Source of the DNA: Mobula hypostoma
Lineage: Eukaryota
Assembly (NCBI RefSeq): GCF_963921235.1
Contig: NC_086108.1
Coordinates: forward strand, 104,844,001-104,908,000
Reading direction: 5' to 3'
DNA: 64,000 nucleotides
Part shown: one piece after another, positions 52,731-64,000 of the stretch
Layout: each line of letters starts with the position of its first letter
How positions within the stretch are numbered: the stretch's first letter is position 1
The notes under the pieces: model-generated
Seen by the model: only the letters and a program-made list of their open reading frames with translations
Databases searched by the model: none
What the model was told of the DNA's origin: nothing
Program-made: the position numbers and the translations under genes

Positions 52731-53525
52731 CGAGTAGTTGTAGGTTAATGACGGATTGATGACCTCGCGTGGGTAATGACCTCGCATGCGTTCAAGTTCA
52801 ACAGTGCGTGACAGAGAATGAGGAAAGGTGCAGTTGACTCATATCGTTTCCTCACGGCCCGGTAGCACATGCTTTGCGGTCCGGTGATTGGGGACCACTG
52901 CCTTATAAAGCCTCAGTATGACATCCTTGCTTTTATATCCACTTGAAATGAATGCTAAACATTGCATTTGCTTTCCTAACCACTGACTGATTTGGAGCCC
53001 GTTGCAAAGGGACAGTAACCAGTGGACAGTCACCAATTTTTATCGACACACCATTGAAAACATTGTGCCTGGATTCTTCATGGCTCGCTACAGCAACTGC
53101 TCTGCCTGTGACCATGAGAAACTGCAGAGAGCTGTGGATGCAGCTTAGCACATTACAGAAACCAGCCTCCGCTCTGCAGACTCTATCTACGTTTCTTGCT
53201 GCCTTGGTAAAGAAGCCCACGTAATCAGACGCTCCACCCAACAAGCACATTCTCCCTTCTCCCCCCTCCTATCAGGCAAAAAATGCAAAAGTCTGAAAGC
53301 ATGTGCATTGGACTCAAGGACAACTTCTGTACTGTTGTTATAAAACTATTGAATATGATGGACTCTTAACCTTAGAGTTCACTTCTGACTTTGTACCTTA
53401 TTGTTGGCCTGCACTGTACTTCCTCTTCAACTGGAACACTTTATTTTGTGTTCTGTTATTATTCGCCCTTGTCCTGCCTCACTGCATTTGGGCCAACAAT
53501 GTTTAACCTCCTTTGTTTCTCTGTC

Positions 53526-54496
53526 GACGGAAAAGATCCAAGAATAATCAGGAATCTCTACTGGCAACAAAGTGCAGCCGTACGGATAGACAACGAGATT
53601 GGTGAATATTAGCCAATAAAGCGAGGAGTCAGACAGGGTTGTGTTCTATCACCAGACCTGTTCTCCCTGTACAATGAAAACATCATGAGAACCATACAAG
53701 ACCTACCTGGAATAAGTATAGGAGGATACAATGTCAACAACCTCCGCTATGCGGATGATACAGTACTGATAGCAAACAGTGAAGTAAATTTACAGAAGCT
53801 AGTATCTACCATCAACACAGAGAGCGAAAGACTTGGCCTAACCTTAAACAAGAAGAAAACTGAAGTATGGTAGTGTCAAAGAAACCTGATATCCTAAACT
53901 GGAGGATCGTATTGGGAAATGAAATCCTGAAACAAGTTCACAACTTCAAGTACCTTGGATCATGGGTAACGTCTGATGGCAAATGTGAAACAGACATAAA
54001 AGCAAGAATAGCAATGGCAAGAACAGCATTTACAGAAATGAGAAACACCCTAATGAACAAGAAAATAGCAATTGACATCCGCCTTAGAACTCTCAGCTGC
54101 TACATTCTTCCTATATTGATGTATGGCTGCAAGTCATGGACCATCACAAATGCAGTGGAAAAAAGAATCAATGCTCAGGAGAATGCTATGCATATCATAT
54201 ACAGACAGGATAACCAACGAAGAGGTTCTACAAAAATCAAAAACAAAATGTACATTACTTAAAAAAATCGGAAAATAGCAATCAAAATTCTTTGGACACA
54301 TCATGCGAAGAGAGACATTAGAACATTTGGTTACAACTGGAAAGCAGAGGCAGACAGGGAATGAAAATGATAGACGGAATAACATCATGGTTAGAAACAG
54401 GAGAGGCAACAACTACAATTCGGAGGGTCAGAGACCGTGATGGATGGAGAGACATGATCGCCCATGCCGAATGGTAAGGCACCTGAATGAATGAAC
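53526..54496 (+). mobile_element. 5'-truncated RTE LINE
   Basis: RGVRQGCVLSP, NNLRYADDTVL, FKYLGS; perfect 11-bp TSD gtttctctgtc (53515-53525, 54497-54507); (tgaa)n tail. Confidence 0.93.
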
Positions 54497-55361
54497 GTTT
54501 CTCTGTCTCAGCCTCTTGTCCAGTTGCATATAGAGTCAGAGAGTCACAGAGCACTAAAAGCCCTTTCAAAGTTCAAAGTACAAAGTACATATATTTATCA
54601 AAATATATATGCAGTGTACAACCCTCCCTGAAATTTGTCTTCCCCACAGACAGTCACGAAACAAGAATGTTGGAACTAACCTGCCCAAAGAAAATGTCAA
54701 ATATCAAACCCCCCTCCCACCCACACAAATAAATCATGTAAGTAGCAACAAAAGAAAAACAAGCAAAAATACAGAATATAAAAACACAATATCAAAAAGC
54801 ATATTTCGATACAGTTCAGTCCCCACTGGTCTATCTAGTCTACGCTGAATTATTGTTCTCCCTGGTCCCATAGACTTGCATCTGGACCATAGGCTTCCAT
54901 CATTTTCCATTCACGTATCATCCAAATTTCTCTTAAGTATTGCAGTCAAAGCTGCAACTATCACTTCCTGTTGCAGGTCATTCCACACTCTCACCACCCT
55001 CTGAGTGACGACGTTTCCCTTCAAAAGATTCACCTTTCATCCTTAACCTAACACCTCTTGTTCTGGTCCTACCTAGCCTCAGTGGAAAAAGCCTGTTTGC
55101 CTGTACCTTATTTTTCCCCCTCAAAATTTTGTGTACCTGTATCAAATCTCTCCTCACTCTGCTGTGCTCCAGGGAATAAAGTCTGAAACTATTCAACCTT
55201 TCCCAAGTCTTAGCGACATCCTCGTAAATTTTCTCTGTATCTTTCAATCTTATTGGGATCTTTCCTGTCAGTAGCTGACAAGAATGGCACACAATACTCC
55301 AAATTAGGCCTCACCCGCATCTTATACAATTTCAACACAGCATCCCAATACACATTATTAC

Positions 55362-55432
55362 CTGCTGTAAGGTATTATTAATGTTTCCGGAGAGACAGTC
55401 CTTATTTAAGTAGCAGGGAATCTCTGGAACCT
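55362..55432 (-). CDS. ADGRL4: ADGRL4/ELTD1 coding exon (71 nt, post-EGF stalk; probably exon 4)
   Basis: ccctttctag|AG GTT CCA...TTA CAG CAG|gtaata; translates (E)VPEIPCYLNKDCLSGNINNTLQQ, aligning with human ENVNANCHLDNVCIAANINKTLTK as recalled; phase 1 to 0; not in the ORF track. Confidence 0.85.
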
Positions 55433-55909
55433 CTAGAAAGGGAGCACAAGATAAAATTATTAACTTCACTCAGTGTCACTGTAGAGTTTAATTTTATAAT
55501 TAATCAACTCTTATCTTCTACATCAGAGGCATTATGCTGGCTTACTGTCTTTTCTTGGTAAATGATTACCATAACAAATTGGTTACTTGCCATATGATTC
55601 TCCTGAATTTTTTTATTACTAATTTGTAGTTTTTACAGTGGTTAATTAATGTATTGGAGCAATACTTGCGTATCAATTTAGCCCTACAATTGCAACCATT
55701 TACATGGAAACCCCAGCTATTAGAGTGACAGAGAGAGGTGTCAGGAGGTGGTCAGTATTTAGGTTAAAGAGTACGGAGAAGATTTATGAGGCTGTCACTG
55801 GGACTTGAAGGACTTAATTGAGGAGAGAGGTAGAGTCAGAATCTGAATCAGGTTTGATATCACTGGCAGATGTCATGAAATTTGTTGTTTTGTGGCAGTA
55901 GTAGAACAA

Positions 55910-56394
55910 TACTAAACTAGGCATGACAACCTGCCTTAGAGTACTGAAATGTTACGTTTATCCAGTTGTGTTACATGGCTCAGAACGTTGGACAATATCT
56001 AGTAACATGAGGAAACGAATTGTAACAGCAGAGACGTGGTTTTTGAGGAGGATGCAAAGAATATCATGGACGAAACGAATATCTAACGAGGATGTCATGA
56101 GCAGAGTAAACACAAAAAAAGAAATAACGTATGAGATCATGAAAAGGCAACGCAACTTCATTGGACATGTGATTAGGAAAGAGGAGTTAGAATGCACGGT
56201 AATCATGGGAAAGATTGAAGGGAAGAAAGCAAGAGGAAGACAAAGACAAATGATGATGGAGACAGCAGCCGGAGAATTGGAAATGAATACCAATGAATTG
56301 ATCCACTTGACCCGAAACAGGAGTGTGTGGGCCATGGCAGGCAAAGCTCAAACCGGACATGGCAACTGATGATGATGATGATGACGATGATGAT
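55910..56394 (+). mobile_element. RTE LINE 3' fragment with (gat)n tail
   Basis: ORF 55923..56369 WFLRRMQRISW...GHVIRK...GKIEGKKARGRQR. Confidence 0.88.
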
Positions 56395-56990
56395 AACATT
56401 GTTATACATAACAATAAAAAACACTATAAATTACAATAAGAAATATACAATAATGTGCAAATGTCCTATATATATAGCTAGCTAGGGTGTCTAAGACTTT
56501 TGCACATTACTGTATTTGTCAACATGGAGTGGAGAATGAGTTTGTAAATCTGGCGGGAGCAAAGGAGGTTGGGAATGCCGAGGGTGGAGCACTGTGGGAG
56601 GGGTGTGGGACAGGTGACAGAGAAGCAGTACTAGGATGAGGGATAGCACAGGGAATCTCTAAAAAGGGAGCAGAAAATAAATATTAACTTTACTCAATGT
56701 CACTGCAGAGCATTGTAGAGTTTAATTTTATAACTAAACTGTGGGTGTGACACCAGGCAAGGTCATTTGATTTCAAACAATTGGTTTATTAATCATTACA
56801 GAATGCTCCCTGGTGCTTCCCACTCCCTCCACTCTCCCTTCCCCAACCATGATTCTGCTCTCCCTGTCCCCTTCCCACTCTCAGTCCACAGTAGAGACTC
56901 ATATCAGAATCAAGATTACCATCAGTCACATATGTCATGAAATTTGTTTTTTCTTGCAGCAGCACTACAGTACAATAGACAAAATTACTA

Positions 56991-57050
56991 CAGTACTGTG
57001 CAAAAGGCACAGGCAACTCTGTATGTGCCTAAGAGTTTTGCACACTACTG
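56991..57050. repeat. About 60-bp TIR-only Tc1/mariner-like hairpin; degenerate twin at about 56448-56512
   Basis: ta|cagtactgtgcaaaag...gagttttgcacactactg inverted repeat. Confidence 0.6.
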
Positions 57051-58364
57051 CATATAAAAAATTAAATTAATGCAAGAAGGGGATAAAAACAAGTGTTCAT
57101 GGGTTCATTGTCCATTCAGAAATCTGATGGCAGAAGGGAAGTACGTGTTCCTGAAACATTGAGTGTGTGTCTTCAGGCTCGTGTACCTCCTCCTTGATGG
57201 TAGAAATGAGAAGGAGCATGTCCTGGGTGATGGGGGGGGCTGTGGGCCCTTAATGATGGATGAAATTCGGGTGATGGGGGTCCTTATTAATAGATGCTGC
57301 CTTTTTGAGACATTACCTTTTGAAGGTGTCTTCCATGCCCTTGCCCATGATGGAGCAGATTGGGACTTTGGTGATTGGAGTGTAGGAAAATGATGGGTGG
57401 TCTTATTGAGGCATATAACATTTTGGGGGTCAAAGACAGGATGGATGTACACTGTGTTTTTCCCAGGGTTACGGATTCAAGAACTAGAGGCATGGGTTTA
57501 AAATGAGTGGGAAGAGATTTGAAAATAACCTGAGGGGCACTTTTTTACCCAGAGGGTTTCAGTATATGGAATGGACTGTCAGAGGAAGTATTTGAAGCAG
57601 GTAATTACAACATTTAAAAACTACCTGGAAAGGTACATGGATAGGAAAGTTTGGACTATAAGATCATAAAACACATCCAGTGACTGAAGAAATAGATCGC
57701 CATCTTTATTCTGAGGCCGTGCCCTCAGATCATAGACTCTTCTATTAAGTTTAATGCAAATGACACATTTCATTGTATGTTTCAATGTACGTGTGATAAA
57801 TAAAGCAGAATCTGAATCTGAATCCTCAGGTTGCCATGGAAATATGGAAAGGATTAACATCTGTGGACGAGCGCATCCAGCTATTTACCCACCTCCTTTC
57901 TGGTCTCACAGTATTCTTGAATTACAACCTGGAAGCCACGATAGTCTAGCGTTTAACACAACATCATTGCGGTCGGAATTTGGAGTTCAATTTCAGTCTC
58001 CTCTGTAAGAAAGTTTGCATGTTTGTCCTGTGAGCGTGTGGGTTTCCTCTGGGTGCTCTGGCTTCCCTCCACATTCCAAAGACATGTTGGTTAGTAGGTT
58101 AATTGGTCACGTAAATTGTCCTGTGTTTAGGCTGGGGTTATATAGCTGGGTTGCTGGGTGGTATGGCTCATTGGACTGGAAAGGCCTGTTCTGCACTGTA
58201 TCTCTAAATAAATAAATGATATAAATAATAGAAACATCCTCTCCACATCCACTCTATCCATCCTTTAGTATCTGATATCTCAGCTTCTTTGAGATTCCCC
58301 CATCCTTCTGAATTCCATCAAGCACAGGCCTAGAGATTTAAAAAAAATCCATTACACATCCAAA

Positions 58365-59980
58365 ATAACACACACAAAATGGCGGAGGAACTCAGCAGGT
58401 CAGGCAGCATCTATTGAAATGACTAACCTGCCGACGTTTCGGGCTGAGAACCTTCCTTGGGACTGGAAAGGAAGGGGGGGACAATGCTCAAATAAAAAAG
58501 TGGTCGGAGGGGAAAGAGGCTAGCTGGAAGGTGATAGGTGAAGCCAGGTGGGTGGGAAAGGTCAAGGGCCGGAGAAGAATGGATCTGATAGGAGAAGTGA
58601 GTGGATCATAGGAGAAAGGGAAGGAAGAGGGGACCCAGAGGGAAGTAATAGGTGGGTGAAAAGAAGTAAAAGGTCAGAATGGGGAATAAGATAAGGGGGG
58701 AGGGGTTAGGATTTGGTTAGTGGAAGGAGAAATCTATATTCTTGCCATCAGGTTGGAGGGTACTCCAAGATGGAATATAAAGTGTTGCTCCTCCACCCTG
58801 AGGATGGCCTCATCATTGCACAAGAGGAGGCCATAGACTGACATGTTGGAACAGGAAAGGGAATTGGAATTAAAGTTTGGCCACCAGGAATTCCCACTTG
58901 TGGTGATGGTGCAGAGGTGCTCAATGAAGTGTTCCCCAATTTACAATCGGTCTCTCCAATACAGAGGAGGCCCCATCGGGAGCATCGATAGAAGACCTGA
59001 GCAGATTTGTAGATGAAGTGTTGCCTCACCTGGAAGGACTATTTGAGGCTCTGAATGGAGGTGAGGGAGCGTGTATACAGTCATCCATCTTTACATCCCA
59101 GGGTCATCCTTGTGAACCAACTCTGGGCCCTCTCCTGGGCCAGCTGAGATGCAGGGCCAAAAATTACTCACAGTATTCCGAATGCAGTCTCGACCCAAAA
59201 TGTTGACTGCCCATTTCCCTTCACAGATGCTAACTAATCCATTGAATTCTTCCACTAGTTTGAATTATAATCAAGTAACTGCAACAGATGTTTTAGGATA
59301 AGTAACGATATTTCCATGTACCTATCCAAACTTCTCTTATATGTTGCAATGTAACACACATCTACCACTTCCGTTCCACACTCACACAACCCTCTGTGTG
59401 AAGATGTTTCCCCTCAGGTTTCTCTTAATATTTCAAATTTCACCCTTGATCTTGTAGTCTCACCCAGCCTGAGTGGATAAAGGACGCCATGTGTATTGAC
59501 AAAATGAATATCGATTTCTCTAACTTACAGTAATTTCTCCCCACTCCACCTTCTCACTTTTTCCATTCCCCATTCTGGATGCTCCCTCATCCCTTCTCTT
59601 CTCCTCACCTGCCCATCAGCTCCCCACGGTGTCCTTCCTCCTTCTCTTTCTCCTGTGGTCCCCACTCCTCTCCAATCAGATTCCTTCTTCAGTCTTTTTC
59701 CACCAATCGCCTCCCAGCTTCTCACTTCATACCCCCTCCTCCATCTCCCTACTTCACCGGGCTTCACCTATCACCTTCTATCTTGTACGGTTTCTTCTCC
59801 CCCCAACTTTTTATTTGGCTTCTTCCCACTTCCTTCCCTGCCCCACTGAAGGGTCTTGGCCCAGAACATCAACTGTTTATTCCTCTCCATGGATGCTCCA
59901 CGAACTGAAGAGTTCCTCCAGAAATTTTGTGTGTTATTCTGAATTTCCAGCATCTGTGGAGTCCCTTGCATTTATGACAT
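58365..59980. mobile_element. Penelope GIY-YIG and terminal-repeat fragments (58365-59070; 59510-59980 in opposite orientation)
   Basis: ORF 58748..59029 RCSRWGLLCIGET; same purine-rich terminal repeat as 375-860 and many other copies. Confidence 0.8.
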
Positions 59981-60299
59981 GCATTCACACATGTGAAAGT
60001 TAATAAGTTTGGCCGTCAGTTTTGAAACATTAAAGAAAAGATGGAACAGTGAGAATGAAAGAGGCAGATACAGGATAGGCAAAGTAGACCAAGCAGGCAA
60101 TGGGGAAAGGAGGAGAGGAAAGACGGGGAATGAGAGATCACACAAGAAGGGAGGAAGAAGTGGAGAGTGAAGGAGAAGATAAAGAATAATCCTTGCAATG
60201 TTTGAGAATGAGGGGAAATTTGATAGAGGTATACAAAACCATGAAAGGTATAAATAGAGTAAATCAGCAGGCTTTTTACAGTGAGATTGGATGAGATTA

Positions 60300-61220
60300 G
60301 ACCATAAAATATAGGATCAGAATTAAGCTATTCGGCCCATCGAGTCTGCTCCATCATTTCAACATGGCTGATCCGTTTTCCTTTCGGTCCCAATCTCCTG
60401 CCTGCTTCCTGTATCCTTTCATGCCCTGATTAATCAAGAATCTATCAACCTCTGCCTTAAATATGTTGTTCGTCCATCAATGACGTCGATGAGGACCTCG
60501 ACACCATATGATGGTGTCGAGACTAGCGCGTGATTTGGATTTAAGTGAGGGAGAGTTGCGCAGCGTCAGCCTCACTCTCTCTTCCCAATTCCCATCTGGA
60601 TCCAGTGGCAAGACAGAGTCTAGACGGCTGGAGATGGGACTAGGCACAGTGGATGACCAGGACATTTTCTGTGTCTTGTCCTGCTCTACATGTTCCACGA
60701 CGCTTGCAGAGACCGCCTTCTTGACTGTTGGACCTTCCATTGGTCTCGTCCGCTCAATCCGCCGTAGTCTGTCTTCGCCTTAAATATACCCAATGGTGGA
60801 CTCCATGGCTGCCAATGGCAACAAATTCCACAGATTTATCTCTTCATCTATGTTCTGAAAGGACATCACTCTATTCTGAGGTTGCGTTCTCTGGTCTTAG
60901 ACTCCCCACCATAGGAAACAATCTCTCCACATCCACTCTATCAAGGCTTTTCAACATTCGATAGCTTTCAATGAGATCACCCCTCATTCTTCTGAATTCC
61001 AGTGAGTACAGTCCCAGAGCTATCAAATGCTCCTTATGTGAGAAGCCTTTCAAACCCGGAATCATTCTTGTGAACCTCGTTTGAACCCTCTCCAATGTCA
61101 ACACATCCTTTCTTTGATAAAGGGCCCAAAACCGCTCACAATACTCCAAGTGAGATGTCTTATAATGCCTGAACATTACATTTTTGCTTTCATATTCTAG
61201 TCCTCTCGAAATGAATGTTA
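60300..61220 (-). mobile_element. CR1 3' fragment
   Basis: ORF 60871..61176 HLEYC...LERVQTRFTRMIPG...LGLYSLEFRRMRGDLIE. Confidence 0.85.
60465..60776 (-). mobile_element. 312-bp RTE-related non-autonomous element inside CR1; related sequence at about 3190-3560 and 63645-63925
   Basis: Perfect 11-bp TSD gccttaaatat (60454-60464, 60777-60787); reverse complement of 60660-60776 aligns with 3455-3560. Confidence 0.75.
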
Positions 61221-64000
61221 AAACTAGAACTAGAGGTCATGGGTTAAATGTGAAAGGTGAAACGTTTAAGGGGAAGTTCTTCACCCAGAATGTGGAATGA
61301 GCTGCCAGCAGAAATGGTAGATGTGGGTTCAATCTCAACAGTTAAGAGAAATTTAAATAAATACATGGATGAAAGGGGTATAGAAGGCTATGGTCCAGAT
61401 GCAGGTCAACGGGATGAGGTGTAATAGTAGTCTGGCATGGACTAGGTGGGCCGAAGGGCCTGTTTTTGTGCTGTAGTGCTCTATGACTCTGAATAAATAA
61501 TACTGAGAACACGAATTGTAGAGCCCTTGAAAGATTTGATTGTCTGCTTTGAAATATTAAAAAGAAGATGGAACAGTGAGAAAGAGAGAGCAAGTATAGG
61601 AGGGAAGAAGGGGACCAAGTGGGTGAGGGAGAAATAAGGAAAGGGAAGAGATGGGAATGAGGTAACACGGGAGAAAACTGAAGAGCTGGAGAGGGAAGGA
61701 GAAGCTGCAGAGAGGAGAAAAGGGATGGAAAAGCTAATGCAAGAGACGGAGAGTCCCCCCATTTTGCTGGATAGTAGGGATTTGAGATTTCACAGCATTG
61801 AATTCTGTAACATCAATTACCCTAATAAATCCTGGCATTTCCAATCTTTGTAACAACGTTGAATCATATGAAGTGTGCAGCGAATAAATGATTTGCACTA
61901 TTTCAAAGGGGCTAAGAGGCAAGCTGGATAATATGAAAACTTAAACATGCTTTAAAGAAAAGAAAGGTGTTTGTGTGTGAATTAAAAAGACAATGATAAA
62001 TGTAGTGGGGTTCTGCTCAAGGTGACGGTGTCCATGCTCATTGCTGAGGCTCTTATTACTTCTGCATCTAGTGGATTTCAAACATCATCGGGGATTTCGA
62101 CTTTCCAAATGGAATGCAATTCCAACCACATCATCTTTAAGGTCTGTGATTACATCTGATGAAAAAAGAAATAATAATTTCTGGACTTCAAAGAAATCTG
62201 TCACCTGTACCCTCTTTGATCAAACTGTTCAAAGGAGGAAATTTGACCGTTTGATTTACTCTCAAGGTTGTGGGGGAAAGGGGAGGGGAGAGTGGAGGAG
62301 AAAGTTTAAGAGACTACTAGACAGGTATATGGAGGAATTTAAGGTGGAGGGTTATATGGGAGGCAGGGTTTGAGGGTTGGCACAACATTGTGGGCCGAAG
62401 GGCCTGTAATGTGCTGTACTATTCTATGTTCTACATAAAAAAAAAGGAAAAGTGGCGGCGTGGAAGGAAGCTCAAGGAGCATGGCCGAATTCCCTTCGTG
62501 CCAAAGCAATTCTCCGGCAATCATGAGAACAGAGCAAATGGCATTTTGAACATTGCTAGACATGAGACAATCCGGGCTCCAAGTAGAACTCGCTTAGTCT
62601 CCTTTCAAGTAAAGGCACTGGACCTTATTTTAACATCTCAACTATTTCTTCTGCCTGTACCCATGTATCCAATGTCCACGCATAAAGAACCCATGGACAC
62701 TACACCACTACTTTTTATCTTACTTTTGCTCTCTTTTTGCACAACTTATTTAATTTAATACATATTAAGTATTAAATATATTAAGTTATATTATATTAAA
62801 ATTAAATTACATTATATTATTTAAAAAAAGCAGAATTAGGCCATTTGGTCCATTGAGTTTGCTCCACCATTTCATCATGGCTGATCCATTTTTCCTCTCA
62901 GCCCCAATCTCCTGCTTTCTCCCCATACCAATCAAGAATCCCTCCCATCCATCAAACAATCTCTTTGACCCCTACCATCAGGCAGGAGGTACCACAGCAT
63001 TAGGAGATGAACTGTTAGGATGGGAAACAGCTTCTTCCTTCAGACAGTAAGACTACTGAACTTTCTGCCACTATTCTGGAATGACCACGTACAAAGTGCT
63101 AGTAGCATTATACTGCTCACTTTTTAACTTGTATCATGTATACACATTATTTGTTAATTTGTTTTGTGGTAATATTACCTTATGTGTTGTGTGTGTTATA
63201 TGTACTATATTGCGCACCTTGATCAGGAGGCACATTGTTTTGTTTGGTGGTATACATGTGTACTGTTGAACGACTATAAACTGACCTTGAACTTGAATTT
63301 GAATGGCAATGTTTCAATTTGGATGAAGTTCATTGACCTTAGATGTCAACCCTCATTCTCTTCCCATAAAACGCTGCCTGACCTGTTGTGTGTTTCCATC
63401 ATACCCTCTGGTTTCGTTCCAGCTTTCTTGCATCTGCTGTTATTTTTCCTTGATTTTTCAAGGAACGGAATGGCCCACAGATGATGTGAAATGTGACGGA
63501 GAGCTCAGGAGGAGAATAAACAGCAAGGTGTCAGTGTTTCCCCTTCTGTGCATTTGCACTCATCTTGTTTAAGATGAGGAATCATCTTAAATATAACATT
63601 GAAAATTTCCAGAAATGATCACTTCTTTTTTTTAAGGTACAGTAGTGGTAGTAGTGCGATCACTCGAACCATGTAAAATATTCTCTTGAGGTGTTGCCTA
63701 TTGGCAGGTACTCAGATGGCTGTGAAGTCTGATCTGGGATCCACAAAGTCTGATAGATTTCCTCAATGGAGAATGCTTGTGTGTGACTTTGTTTAACGTG
63801 AGGAGGCTGATGCACAGGCAGCCTCCACACGACCCTTGACAGATATGGGTCAGGGTCGAGTGGTACGGAATGCAAAATGACTGGGGACCCTTCACTCCTG
63901 CAGCCTTCCTCCACCCTCACTACCATTCTTGTAACAATCCTACCTGAGGTGCTTAAGGAGGGCTAACCTGCTCCAAAAATCACTGACTATCTTTTATCGA

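Larger units (their letters stand above)
49420..52900 (-). mobile_element. hAT (Buster/Charlie3-like) DNA transposon, internally deleted and interrupted by Rex1
   Basis: TIRs cagaggtccccaacc (49420) and gattggggaccactg (52900); BED finger [10 protein letters not shown]...RHLESKH; HTEVRWLSRG (ORF 49927..50484); C-terminal FPTSYLCEAGFS (ORF 49646..49930). Confidence 0.95.

Noticed and set aside
51916..52737. 273-aa plus-strand ORF
   Set aside because: Antisense shadow of the transposase frame, with no recognisable motifs
63490..63570. Cys-rich minus-strand stretch (DECKCTEG...PCC) as a possible EGF exon
   Set aside because: In-frame TGA, wrong Cys spacing and weak acceptor

Overview
This is eukaryotic, repeat-rich vertebrate DNA. 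The repeat mix (CR1, Penelope, Rex1/Babar, RTE, HE1-like SINEs) suggests a cartilaginous fish, probably a ray; the organism is inferred. The window lies inside one minus-strand gene, the adhesion GPCR ADGRL4/ELTD1. Nine coding exons (55432-55362, 47207-47028, 42699-42516, 31227-31111, 31022-30817, 26749-26576, 24519-24316, 23340-23120, 20605-20539) all have canonical AG/GT ends and splice in phase into a 1424-nt open frame covering the stalk, the GAIN domain with an intact HL|T GPS site, and TM1 to TM5. I found neither the EGF exons nor the last 7TM exons, so they probably lie outside the window. The introns hold nested transposons, many with resolvable target-site duplications (TSDs). The most unusual items are: a Charlie/Buster-type hAT whose BED-finger half is fused in frame to an inserted Rex1 reverse transcriptase (660-679 aa); a duplicated ADGRL4 splice acceptor opening a 45-codon Pro/Ser/Thr-rich frame, a candidate soluble isoform; an RT-less Nimb LINE carrying an inverted copy of DNA from 2 kb away; and several short bipartite non-autonomous LINE derivatives. 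There are no prokaryotic features or CRISPR arrays. Family names and human comparisons come from recall, not from database searches.
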